Source of the DNA: Cyanobacteria bacterium P01_F01_bin.150
Lineage (GTDB): Bacteria; Cyanobacteriota; Cyanobacteriia; CAKZMO01
DNA: 64,000 nucleotides
Assembly: GCA_039189765.1 (NCBI GenBank)
Contig: JBCCYL010000008.1
Coordinates: forward strand, 1-64,000
Direction of reading: 5' to 3'
The position numbers and the translations under genes are program-made. Numbering within the stretch: position 1 is the first letter of the stretch; every line of letters begins with the position of its first letter. The notes below the pieces were generated by a model. It worked only from the letters and a program-made list of their open reading frames with translations. It did no database searches and was not told the DNA's origin. Below are positions 50,400 through 59,691 of the stretch, piece by piece.

Positions 50400-51605
50400 A
50401 TGATTTCAATTCAACGTGCCGCCTCTTCCAATACATTTCGTAATACTATCCAAGATATTCTTAACCAGGCAGACATTGAAATTAACGGCGATCGCCCGTG
50501 GGATATTCAAGTACATGACGAGCATTTTTTTAGACGTCTGCTTGCAGAGGGATCTATGGCGGCTGGGGAAGCTTATATGGACGGATGGTGGGATTGTCAA
50601 CAGCTCGATGAATTCTTTGCTAAACTACTGCGCTGTAAGTTAGAAGATGCCTTTAAACATTGGACAATTGTACAAATTATTCAAGCAAAGCTGCTTAATT
50701 TTCAGTCTATTTATCGAGCATTTACGGTGGGAAAACGGCACTATGATTTAGGAAACGATCTGTATACCGCAATGCTGGACGATCATCTTATTTATAGCTG
50801 CGGCTATTGGCAGAATGTCGATACCTTAGAAGCAGCTCAGTTAGCTAAGCTGGATCTAATTGCCCGTAAGCTGGATTTACAGCCTGGCATGAGAGTCATG
50901 GACATCGGCTGTGGTTGGGGCAGCACCGCTAAGTATTTAGCCCAAACCTATGGAGTCAGCGTTATTGGCATTACCGTGTCGGAAGAACAGGCCGTTTATG
51001 CCAGAAAACTTTGTGAGGGGTTGCCCGTTGAAATTCGTCTTCAGGATTATCGAGAAATGGGTCGAGATATGAAACAAGGACGAGAGAATAAATGCGATCG
51101 CATTCTTTCCGTGGGTATGTTCGAGCATGTAGGCTACAAAAACTATCGCACTTTTTTTGAATGCGTTACCTCCTGTCTCAAGCAAGATGGCCGCTTCTTA
51201 CTCCACACTATCGGCACCAATATTTTGACAGTACGCACCGATCCTTGGATCGAACGATATATTTTTCCTAACTCCATGGTCCCCTGTGAACAATATGTAG
51301 CATCAGCCTTTAATGGATTGATGGTGCTGGAAGATTGGCATAATTTTGGACCAGACTATGACAAAACACTAATGGCATGGCACCACAATTTTCATCAGGC
51401 ATGGTCTAGCCTAAAAGAGCAATATGGCGATCGCTTTTCATCCAGTAAGCAGGATCGTCTACATGATAGTTCTGTACGTTTTTACAGAATGTGGACCTAC
51501 TATCTGCTGAGCTGTGCCGGGTCATTTCGCGCCCGCAAAAATCACGTTTGGCAACTGTTATTGACACCCCATGGTATTCCAGGAGGATATACCGTTGCTC
51601 GCTAA
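50400..51605 (+). CDS. cfa: Cyclopropane-fatty-acyl-phospholipid synthase
   Basis: INGDRPWDIQVH, GEAYMDGWW, HYDLGNDLY, YSCGYW, DIGCGWG, SVGMFEHVG, YYLLSCAGSFRAR. Confidence 0.95.
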   Translation: MISIQRAASSNTFRNTIQDILNQADIEINGDRPWDIQVHDEHFFRRLLAEGSMAAGEAYMDGWWDCQQLDEFFAKLLRCKLEDAFKHWTIVQIIQAKLLNFQSIYRAFTVGKRHYDLGNDLYTAMLDDHLIYSCGYWQNVDTLEAAQLAKLDLIARKLDLQPGMRVMDIGCGWGSTAKYLAQTYGVSVIGITVSEEQAVYARKLCEGLPVEIRLQDYREMGRDMKQGRENKCDRILSVGMFEHVGYKNYRTFFECVTSCLKQDGRFLLHTIGTNILTVRTDPWIERYIFPNSMVPCEQYVASAFNGLMVLEDWHNFGPDYDKTLMAWHHNFHQAWSSLKEQYGDRFSSSKQDRLHDSSVRFYRMWTYYLLSCAGSFRARKNHVWQLLLTPHGIPGGYTVAR

Positions 51606-51613
51606 ATCAATGA

Positions 51614-51640
51614 GGGGAAAATCTCTGCGAGATTTTCCCC
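51614..51640. terminator. Hairpin between convergent cfa and mcdB
   Basis: GGGGAAAATCTC-tgc-GAGATTTTCCCC perfect stem. Confidence 0.7.
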
Positions 51641-51661
51641 CAAAATAAAGCTGACGCGTTA

Positions 51662-53362
51662 CTAGTCGTACCATCCCATTTCTGAACTAGATCCGTTTTG
51701 GCCATCTTTAGAGCCTGGTTTCATCGAAGCCCTCCGCACTTTTTTATATTTAGGCGTCAAGAAACGACCTTCTTTCTTAGCCATAGGAGTAGTAGAATTT
51801 GTGCGAGCCAACTGAGAGGTGGAGTTCGTCTCTGCATCAGAGAGCTGTTGAATTTGGGTTTTAGCTTTCGCCAATTCAGCTTTTACCTTCTCCGTCTGTT
51901 TCACCTCTTTCTTCAGAGTTTGAACTGAAGCCTTTTCTTTCTTCAAATCGGCTTGGAGAGCAGCAATCTTTTTTTGTAAGACTTGCTCTTTACCAGTATT
52001 TGTATCTGCCAACTTGAGGATAGTTTTCTTTGCGTCCGTCAACTCAGCGGTGAGTTTATCAACCTTTTTCACCTCTTTCTTTAATTTCTGCACCTCAGCT
52101 TTTTCTTGCTTTAAGCGAGTTTCTAAATCAGTCACTTTTTTCTGACCAGCTTGAGCAGAACCGTTGGAACCCTGTTTGAGTTGCGACTGCAAACGGGTAA
52201 TTTGTTTTTGTAAGGCTCCTTCTGCCTTACGCGCAAGCTGTAATTCCGCTTTCGCATCTTCCAACATGACTTCTATTTGAGCCTTAGTCGGTGGCCGTTT
52301 ACGTTGTGCCGCTGGTTTACTAGCAGTTGTTGCGGCTTTAGTAGAAGTTTTAGCAGGTGATGTAGATTTAGACGTACTCGACTTAGATGTACTCTTGGGT
52401 GCAGATGATGTGGGTTTTGAGGTTACTTTACTGTTGCCATTGCTGGCTGCTTTCGACGTCTTAGTAGCTGATTGGTTTCCCGGTGTCTTAGCAGAGGTGG
52501 AGCTTTTAGCCGTTGTAGACTTAATAGTTGATTTACTACCAGGTTTTGATGCCGTAGTATTTGCTGGTGAAGATTTTTGATTAGCAGGCTTAGCCACAGT
52601 TTTCGACGCTGTGGCTTTAGTTGAAGCCGATGTGGGCGCAGCCTTCGATTTTGTCGCTGCTTTAGACGGTGTTGTTTTAGATGCTGACGTTTTAGATGCT
52701 GATGCTTTTGGCGTTGTTTTAGTGGATGCAGTCTTAGCTTTAGATGCTGATGCTTTTGTTGCTGTTGGAGTGGATGTAGCCTTAGACTTAGACACTGATG
52801 CAGTCTTAGCTTTAGACGCTGATGCTTTTGTTGCTGCTTGAGTGGATGTAGCCTTAGACTTAGACACTGATGCAGTCTTGGCTTTAGACGCTGGTGCTTT
52901 TGTTGCTGTTTGAGTGGATGCAGCCTTAGCTTTAGATGTTGCGGCTTTAGCTACAGACTGAGATGTAGTGGACGCCGCTTTAGATGCTGATGCCTTTGCC
53001 GCGCTAGATTTGGGGGTCGATTTAGGCGTTGCTTTAGGGGTTTTAGCTTTACTTGTTGTCGATTTAGCGGTCGTTTTAGCCTCGGTTTTCGACGCTGGCT
53101 TAACTGTCGATTTCGCAGTCAAGGATTTTGATGGTGACGATTTCTTCGTGGCAGTAGACGTCGTTTTAGCCTTACTATCAGTCGATGCTGTAGATGCTTT
53201 TGATGTAGATTTACGGGTTGTTGTTTTACTGCCTGTCGATTTACGAGCGGCTGTTTTATTAGCTGTAGATTTACTTGTCATCTTATTACCTGTAGACGCT
53301 ACGTCAGTAGCAGCCTTACCAGCTTCTTCTTTTAATAGATCTGCAATTCGTTTTTTAGCCAT
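51662..53362 (-). CDS. mcdB: McdB-like carboxysome positioning protein with very long Lys/Ala/Ser/Thr-rich region (566 aa)
   Basis: ATG overlaps the ParA/McdA stop (TAATG); N-terminal MAKKRIADLLKEE, coiled coil and terminal ...MGWYD tryptophan, as described for type 2 McdB. Confidence 0.72.
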   Translation of the reverse strand: MAKKRIADLLKEEAGKAATDVASTGNKMTSKSTANKTAARKSTGSKTTTRKSTSKASTASTDSKAKTTSTATKKSSPSKSLTAKSTVKPASKTEAKTTAKSTTSKAKTPKATPKSTPKSSAAKASASKAASTTSQSVAKAATSKAKAASTQTATKAPASKAKTASVSKSKATSTQAATKASASKAKTASVSKSKATSTPTATKASASKAKTASTKTTPKASASKTSASKTTPSKAATKSKAAPTSASTKATASKTVAKPANQKSSPANTTASKPGSKSTIKSTTAKSSTSAKTPGNQSATKTSKAASNGNSKVTSKPTSSAPKSTSKSSTSKSTSPAKTSTKAATTASKPAAQRKRPPTKAQIEVMLEDAKAELQLARKAEGALQKQITRLQSQLKQGSNGSAQAGQKKVTDLETRLKQEKAEVQKLKKEVKKVDKLTAELTDAKKTILKLADTNTGKEQVLQKKIAALQADLKKEKASVQTLKKEVKQTEKVKAELAKAKTQIQQLSDAETNSTSQLARTNSTTPMAKKEGRFLTPKYKKVRRASMKPGSKDGQNGSSSEMGWYD

Positions 53363-54003
53363 TAGTTCCTCCAATCCTGCTGTATTTCATCTGCTATTGA
53401 TCGATAATCCGACTGCGCGGCTCTTCCATGTCGTCCTTTCCACTGTGTAATGGCCACTCCTTGGAGTGCTGCCTGTTCATGAGCTTTATAGGCGCGAATA
53501 AAGGTGCTGCAAACTGGAATAGCCAATGATTCAAGAGTGTCTTGGGCTTCCACTGCAATATTTGAACTACGAGGATCAACCCGAGTCAGCAATACTCGAT
53601 AGGATACTTTTGTCGGCTTTACCGTTTTTTTTACTGTTTCTATCAACGCTGCTAAATCCATCGGGGCTGGAGGGGTTGGCAAAATAAGATAGTCAGATAA
53701 AGGTACCAGATCTTTCAAGGTTTTAGAATCAAGATGGGGAGGAGTATCAATCACTATTACCCCATATTTCCCATTTTTTTTCAGTTGCTTTAGCTTTCTC
53801 GGATTTGTTTCTTGGCTCAGATCAAACCCCATGCCAGCTTCGTTTCTTCCAGCCCACCAAGTAGCAGACCCCTGGGGGTCTGCATCCACTAAGAGAACAG
53901 GACAGGTTTCCGATAATACGGCAGCCAGGTTGACCGCTGTCGTTGTTTTACCAACGCCGCCTTTTCCATTTAATATCCCCAAAATTTTCATTGTGTGGGA
54001 CAT
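53362..54003 (-). CDS. mcdA: Short ParA-family ATPase, McdA type 2-like
   Basis: KGGVGKTT with signature Lys, DADPQGSATWW (double Trp), IDTPP; no adjacent parB; coupled to a coiled-coil partner ending in a Trp motif. Confidence 0.75.
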   Translation of the reverse strand: MSHTMKILGILNGKGGVGKTTTAVNLAAVLSETCPVLLVDADPQGSATWWAGRNEAGMGFDLSQETNPRKLKQLKKNGKYGVIVIDTPPHLDSKTLKDLVPLSDYLILPTPPAPMDLAALIETVKKTVKPTKVSYRVLLTRVDPRSSNIAVEAQDTLESLAIPVCSTFIRAYKAHEQAALQGVAITQWKGRHGRAAQSDYRSIADEIQQDWRN

Positions 54004-54308
54004 AAGCGTAAAAAATATCTCCTCAAGAAAGATGGAATCGTCAGCATGTTTATAATGTTGCGTCTAAATATGCTGATGTTTGATGCAATGAATTATCTTG
54101 ACGCTTTAAAGATAACGCTAACATTCAAATATAAGCTAAATGTGTACTGTTGAGGGCTGTTTCACTGATTGTTACGTTACTTCACCATTTTATAGTGTAT
54201 TTACCAAATTAAAAATTGAGTTGAGAAGAATTTCATTGAACACTGGGATATTTCGAGCCTCAGAATCTTGCATTAAAAGATAATCATTTTTATCTAAGAT
54301 CAATATCT

Positions 54309-54389
54309 AGGTATCAACTTTAAGCGGAGAGTGTGGGTGCGTCGCGTCCACACTCTCCTTACTTTTGTTTCGTCTTAAAACGAAACCCA
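54309..54389 (+). repeat. ~80-bp nested-hairpin dispersed repeat, subtype A
   Basis: GGTATCAACTTTAAGC-[GGAGAGTGTGG..CCACACTCTCC]-TTACTTTTGTTTCGTCTTAAAACGAAACCC. Confidence 0.8.
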
Positions 54390-54467
54390 AATACCTGATG
54401 ATTCATGACTCTAATGGTAGACAAGAACATCTTCAAGAAATAGCTTTTCTGATTCCTGATGATTTTA

Positions 54468-54545
54468 AGATTAAAATTTACAGTTGTGAACCATCTAACA
54501 AGTATTGGGTTGCACACCCCAGTATCTAGCCTTAAAATACAAGCC
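54468..54545 (+). repeat. ~80-bp nested-hairpin dispersed repeat, subtype B (degenerate)
   Basis: GATTAAAATTTACAGTTGTGAA..AAC-[TATTGGG..CCCAGTA]-..GCCTTAAAATACAAGCC. Confidence 0.65.
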
Positions 54546-54566
54546 AAATTAATCAGGTGAACTTAC

Positions 54567-54646
54567 TGGGTGTCAACTTAAGGAGGGAAATAGGGGCGTG
54601 ACGCCCCTATTTTCTATAGACTTGTTTCTCTTGACGTTGAAACCCG
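54567..54646 (+). repeat. ~80-bp nested-hairpin dispersed repeat, subtype A
   Basis: GGGTGTCAACTTAAGG-[AAATAGGGGCGT g ACGCCCCTATTT]-..ACTTGTTTCTCTTGACGTTGAAACCC. Confidence 0.82.
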
Positions 54647-54680
54647 AGTGTAACTTAACTTAGGCGAATGGGATAAAAGC

Positions 54681-55031
54681 ATGGAAAGGTGGAAATGTAT
54701 AGAAAAATGTGGTGCCTGTTGCCATCTTGACCCAGCAGATAGACCTGATCTGGATGAGTATTTATCTCCTGAAGATTTGTCGTTATATCTCAGCATGGTT
54801 GGTGAAGATGGTTGGTGTATTTATTTCGACCATAATCGTCGATGCTGCACTATTTATGATAAGCGCCCTAGCTTTTGTCGAGTTCATGTCGACACGTTTG
54901 TGGCGATGTACGATATCGAGCCAGAAGAAATGAATGATTTTGCGATCGCATGCTGCCATCAACAAATTGCAGGGGTATATGGCGATCGCAGTCTTGAAGC
55001 TCTTCGCTTTGAGCGGGAAGTGGGGGGATGA
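54681..55031 (+). CDS. YkgJ-family cysteine-cluster protein
   Basis: WKCIEKCGACC, GWCIYFD..CTIYDKRPSFCRV, ACCHQQI. Confidence 0.9.
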   Translation: MERWKCIEKCGACCHLDPADRPDLDEYLSPEDLSLYLSMVGEDGWCIYFDHNRRCCTIYDKRPSFCRVHVDTFVAMYDIEPEEMNDFAIACCHQQIAGVYGDRSLEALRFEREVGG

Positions 55032-55169
55032 ATAGAGTAGCTAAGCAATGATATGTTCATTGGACCCAAAACGGCCTAACCAAAGTGACCATGGCTCCAT
55101 AAAAGAAACCAGAGTTTTTGGAGAACCCTGGTTTCTTCGATATTAATTCAGAGACTATCGTTTCTCGCA

Positions 55170-55250
55170 GGGTATCAACTTAAGGTGGAAAATTGGGGCG
55201 CGTTGCGCCCCAATTTTCCACAAACTTGTTCCGCCTTACGTTGGAACCCA
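55170..55250 (+). repeat. ~80-bp nested-hairpin dispersed repeat, subtype A
   Basis: GGGTATCAACTTAAG-[GTGGAAAATTGGGGCGC gtt GCGCCCCAATTTTCCAC]-AAACTTGTTCCGCCTTACGTTGGAACCC. Confidence 0.85.
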
Positions 55251-55263
55251 TCTCGCAAACCCC

Positions 55264-56727
55264 TTAGCTTGCGAACCACATGCTGGCCGTACGGCCAGGA
55301 ATCGAAAAGGTGTGAGATGCTTGGTCGATTTCAATCGGCTCGTCATCAGCTAAAGCATTTTGATAAGGGTGATTCCATTTCAGCTTAAAACGAGTATCAA
55401 TAGTAATGTTACGTTGATCGCCACACTTGTTAATCGCCACAATCCCATCTTCACCTCTACGCCACAACAAGGTACATTCATCGGCATGGAGCATTTCCAT
55501 ACTTTGCCCCTGCATTCGATTGTGGAAGTTGATCATACGGGTCATAGCATCACTCTTCCACACGTTCTGCCAGCGTCCATCATCCGTGTATCCAAAGGGT
55601 GGATCCGCCGTAGTACCATCGTCAAAGACGAGAGGGGAACCACCATCCCGTCCCATAATGTAGGCGTAGGCCAACGCTTCATCCGTAGGGTCCATAATCA
55701 AATAGCGAAAGCCTTCGTTGTAGGGAATATCGTGGGTGGTAACGACGGTGACCGCCCGACTATTCTCTAGGGCGTTGCCATCGGCATAGGGCTGGGCTAA
55801 ATCAGCAAGGGAATTGCCAAAACCAAAGGCCTGTTTAATCGTGTTTAACAATGGAAAATCGTAGGCACCAAAGGCAGCAGGGAGTTCTCTCAAGTAGGGT
55901 TCTAGAAACGTTTCGTACTCGCTATCACCGACGCCACCTGTGGTGATAATTTCAGCAAAAATATGAGCGTTGTCAGAGATCTCATCGGGGACAAAATACT
56001 CAATTGCACCGTTGGGCATGTGCTTAGCCGCATCTAGACGAAATCCACGCACGCCCAAATCATAGAGCGATTGGACATACTGCTTCCGCTGGTCTAAAAC
56101 CCAGTTATCACCTGGAACCGTATCACGCAAATCAGGCAAGCCGGGGTCATCTCCGCCACCACAAATGCGACCGTTGATGACCTCTTGGCGATCGCCATAG
56201 TTGCGAATGCACTGAGGAGAGTGAAAATCATTAGGGCCAAATAATCCATCATCCAGATCACCATAGAGCTGCTGGCGCTGCCAATACTCCGGGTCGCTGT
56301 CATAAGCATCTAACGTTTCTTCTCCAGGGAAAGTTGTAGCGGCATTGCGCTCATTGGCCATATGGTTGACTACCACATCTGCATAGGTGAGGACACCAAC
56401 CTTAGAAAGGACATCAATCATCGCCACAAAGCTGTCTTTATCTCCGTCACAATTTTGAATCACCCGAAAATCCTGGGGTTGATAGCGCTGATACCAACGG
56501 CAATTTTCAGTAATGGGGGACTTAAGTGGGGGTGTCACCAACACGGCTTTATACCCGGCTTCAGCGATCGCCGAGGCACGGTTGGCAACCGTTTCGTAGC
56601 TCCAGTCAAACGCATGGAGAATCACATCAGCATGGACAGGGTTTGCCATCGGTAGAAGAAACGCGATCGCCAATAGCATAACAACGATCGAGCGACAAAG
56701 AGATTGAAACCATCGAGTTACTTGCAT
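55264..56727 (-). CDS. Secreted alpha-amylase (GH13)
   Basis: Signal peptide, ILHAFDW, WYQRYQP, DVVVNHM, GFRLDAAKHM, AEII, TTHD. Confidence 0.93.
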   Translation of the reverse strand: MQVTRWFQSLCRSIVVMLLAIAFLLPMANPVHADVILHAFDWSYETVANRASAIAEAGYKAVLVTPPLKSPITENCRWYQRYQPQDFRVIQNCDGDKDSFVAMIDVLSKVGVLTYADVVVNHMANERNAATTFPGEETLDAYDSDPEYWQRQQLYGDLDDGLFGPNDFHSPQCIRNYGDRQEVINGRICGGGDDPGLPDLRDTVPGDNWVLDQRKQYVQSLYDLGVRGFRLDAAKHMPNGAIEYFVPDEISDNAHIFAEIITTGGVGDSEYETFLEPYLRELPAAFGAYDFPLLNTIKQAFGFGNSLADLAQPYADGNALENSRAVTVVTTHDIPYNEGFRYLIMDPTDEALAYAYIMGRDGGSPLVFDDGTTADPPFGYTDDGRWQNVWKSDAMTRMINFHNRMQGQSMEMLHADECTLLWRRGEDGIVAINKCGDQRNITIDTRFKLKWNHPYQNALADDEPIEIDQASHTFSIPGRTASMWFAS

Positions 56728-56898
56728 GTTGAATAAAATGGGGGAAAAACAACAGTTGATTACCTTTGCAACCATCAGGCAACTAAGTCACAACCTCAGA
56801 AAACTTCACCGACTAATCGCCCCATTTAGCAAAAATAATGACAAGATTCGCGGAAAAATTTTATGGTTTGATGACACTGCGTACCCCATGCAGAATCC

Positions 56899-57963
56899 CT
56901 AGGCGTTGCGCTTAGCCATCTGCTGTTCATCCAGCCATGCAACGCCCGCACCAATAGCTTCCGCTAAGGTACTAACCAATCGATAGAGCGCTACGGCACT
57001 TAGAATAATGCCGGTGGACAGGGTAGTGCTTTGGCCGAGGAGAGCGATCGCCGTTGCTTCAAATACCCCAATGCCCCCAGGTGCCCCTGGAATCACAAGT
57101 CCCAACATCCAAGCCAAACTAAACCCACTCAAAACAGCAGGCAGTTCGCTCCAGTTAAGAGACGTTAAAGCCATTAAAACAGCCACAAATCCCAAACTGC
57201 GGAAGCCGAGAAATATCAGTTCTCCGAATAAGGGAAGAAATGGGTAGCGTTTGAGTTGTGTGGAACCAGTTGGGATTTTAGATTTTGGAGAGTTGGAGAG
57301 TTGGGGAGTTGAGGAGTTGGGGAGTTGGGCAACTCCGATCCCCCTCCTCGGAGGGGCTAGGGGTGGGTTCTTCTGCCTTCTACCTTCTGCCTTCTGCCTT
57401 TTTACCCCCTTCAGATTTTGCAGACGCAAAACGGACTGAAGCTTACCTACTTTTAATCGTTTAAGAAGCCGATTAAGAAGGCGGGGATGAACGCTCAATA
57501 GCCCAACAATTAAGCAGAGGAGCTGTAGCGCAATATTGAGTTGCTGACTGGACAATAGACCAACCAATAACGCTGAAGCTGCCATCAGTAAGGCTTCCAT
57601 TACTACACTGACCGTGCTGGCTTCAATAGGAATATCTATCGATTTTGCCGTCATCACCCGACCATAAAAATGCCATATATTGCCGGGTAAATATTTAGCA
57701 ATATTGGTTTTGAGATAAGTGATCACGCTCCAGCTACCCATTGCTTGAGGATGATTTAGCTCACCCAGAATCCAGCCCCATACCCAACCTGACCAAATAT
57801 GAGCCAGTAGAGTTATCCCGGTGGCAGCAACGATGCAGGCCCAGCCCGCAGCGGTGACTCGAATGGTAGAAATATCTTTCCAGTTAGCTTGTAGCGTCTG
57901 GAACAAGAAGAAAAAGACGCCGCCTAGGATAAACCACTTGAGACTTGCTTTCAGTCGCTTCAT
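56899..57963 (-). CDS. Lysylphosphatidylglycerol-synthase-TM (UPF0104/flippase-like) membrane protein with in-frame repeat insert
   Basis: YLKTNIAKYLPGNIW, PGAPGGIGVFEA, LYRLVS; hydrophobic helices. Confidence 0.85.
   Translation of the reverse strand: MKRLKASLKWFILGGVFFFLFQTLQANWKDISTIRVTAAGWACIVAATGITLLAHIWSGWVWGWILGELNHPQAMGSWSVITYLKTNIAKYLPGNIWHFYGRVMTAKSIDIPIEASTVSVVMEALLMAASALLVGLLSSQQLNIALQLLCLIVGLLSVHPRLLNRLLKRLKVGKLQSVLRLQNLKGVKRQKAEGRRQKNPPLAPPRRGIGVAQLPNSSTPQLSNSPKSKIPTGSTQLKRYPFLPLFGELIFLGFRSLGFVAVLMALTSLNWSELPAVLSGFSLAWMLGLVIPGAPGGIGVFEATAIALLGQSTTLSTGIILSAVALYRLVSTLAEAIGAGVAWLDEQQMAKRNA
57273..57400. repeat. Composite short repeats inside the UPF0104 gene
   Basis: GGATTTT remnants, about five G(G/A)GAGTTG octamers, a CCCCTCCTCGGAGGGGCTAGGGGTGGG palindromic unit and TTCTGCC x4. 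Confidence 0.85.
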
Positions 57964-58241
57964 AAATGATTGAGATACGCTTCCGATACTGCTAGGGGAT
58001 ACTATACCCGTTGAGGGAAAGCAGGCTACGTCCGCTCATCCTCAACTTCGGTATTTTTTATTAGCAGATCCCTAATGGCATAATTTCATACAACTTGATA
58101 CATCGTCACCCGATTGCAGGACAGTTCGCATCATTACTGTCATCAAGAGCCACGACCTGAGGGTGGACGGAATGGAAAAAAATTGCTGTGATATGAATAG
58201 ACTTTCTTAATGACAATGGGTATGTCCCCTTTAGAATTGGT

Positions 58242-59585
58242 ATGGACTATCAACAGGCATTGCAAGATATTCGGGCAGGACGCTTTGAAACGGCGATCGC
58301 CCAGTTAGATGAGTTAATTCAATCTGATGCATCTCAACCCAAAGTGTGGCAAGCTAAAGCAGTGGCGTTATTGAGTAGTGGATCTGTGGATGCCGCTATC
58401 GTTGCAGCAGAGCAAGTGTTGCGGTTGAATCCAGCTCAAGCAGATGCCCATCAGTTATTAGGAACAGCCTATAAACAGCAAGGCGATTTGCCCCAAGCAA
58501 TCGCGGCATATAAACAAGCCACCCGTTGTTATTTGAATCATCAGAATAAAGCCAAGGCCCAATCTTGCATCACTCAAATTGAGCAGTTATCCGTTCAGCT
58601 ATCCTCCCATCAGAATGCTCATCGGGTCACTTCCGAGAAAACATCACCGTCTCAGCCGCAAACAAGACAACGGTCAGAATCATCAACTCGTTTTGCGTCT
58701 CCTGTTTCCAATCAGCCCCTGCCATCTCCAGTGGATTTTTTAGCGGAAGCGATCGCCAAAGGTAAGCGGGGAAAGCGTCATGAAGCCTTGAGTGATTTAA
58801 ATTGGCTCCTAGAGCTTGATCCCAATGATGTGGATGGCTTGGCACACCGAGGAATGCTACACGCCCAAACCGGGAACCATCGCGCAGCGATTCGGGATTT
58901 AGAGCGGGCGATGGCCTTGGCTCCCGATAACCCTAAAGTTTGCTTACTGCGTAGCCGAGCGCGGTTGTATATGGGAGATGATTTTGGGGCGATCGCGGAC
59001 CTGTCCCATCTGCTGCAAAATCAAGCTGATAATCAGGTGATGCTGTATTACTTACGGGGACGGGCCTATCTTAAAATTCGTAATGTTGACCAAGCCATTC
59101 GGGATTGTGAAACCCTCGTCAGCCTTGATGCAAATTATGCGGAAGGATATGAATTAGGTGGGGCAATTTATGAGTCTATTGGCAAGTGGGAAGACGCAAT
59201 CGCCCATTATCGCAAGGCCGAAGCCTGTTATTCAAACCAAGAGAAATGGTCCGTTTGTCAACGAGTACAGCGCCACATTCAATACCTTGAGGCAGAGGCA
59301 CGGCCTTCTATTAGTGAACGATCAACCCAAGCATCAGGACCATCAACAGCCAACGCGAAGGGGCAAACGGGGGAGGATCAAACTGAAGCGGAACGGGTAG
59401 AAGCGAAACGCCAAGAGGTCTACGAAGCAACATTAAACTGGCCCCGAGCAAATGCATTGTACAAGAAAGCAAAGCGAGAATCGCCGATGTTGACGGAGTA
59501 TCAAGCCTGGGAAAAAGCCCTAGAAATTTATGTATGGGAAAGCCGCTGGAATCGCTGGCAAGATCCAAACTTTCGCTGGCGGTAA
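58242..59585 (+). CDS. Tetratricopeptide repeat protein
   Basis: Two TPR blocks separated by a Ser/Gln/Pro linker; C-terminal Trp-rich segment. Confidence 0.88.
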   Translation: MDYQQALQDIRAGRFETAIAQLDELIQSDASQPKVWQAKAVALLSSGSVDAAIVAAEQVLRLNPAQADAHQLLGTAYKQQGDLPQAIAAYKQATRCYLNHQNKAKAQSCITQIEQLSVQLSSHQNAHRVTSEKTSPSQPQTRQRSESSTRFASPVSNQPLPSPVDFLAEAIAKGKRGKRHEALSDLNWLLELDPNDVDGLAHRGMLHAQTGNHRAAIRDLERAMALAPDNPKVCLLRSRARLYMGDDFGAIADLSHLLQNQADNQVMLYYLRGRAYLKIRNVDQAIRDCETLVSLDANYAEGYELGGAIYESIGKWEDAIAHYRKAEACYSNQEKWSVCQRVQRHIQYLEAEARPSISERSTQASGPSTANAKGQTGEDQTEAERVEAKRQEVYEATLNWPRANALYKKAKRESPMLTEYQAWEKALEIYVWESRWNRWQDPNFRWR

Positions 59586-59691
59586 GTGCAACAAGAGATT
59601 TATACGAGGGTATGGACTGTCCAAATAGGCAATGTGGCTTTACCCCGCCTCTGGCAAAGTACGGCCACCATAATACGCAAAAAGAGGAATT

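Noticed and set aside
52395..53450. Plus-strand Ala/Val/Asp/Leu-rich ORFs
   Set aside because: Antisense shadows of the low-complexity mcdB region.
53362..54003. Chromosome or plasmid partition ParA
   Set aside because: No parB or parS nearby; the double-Trp motif and the coupled Trp-tailed coiled-coil partner fit McdA better.
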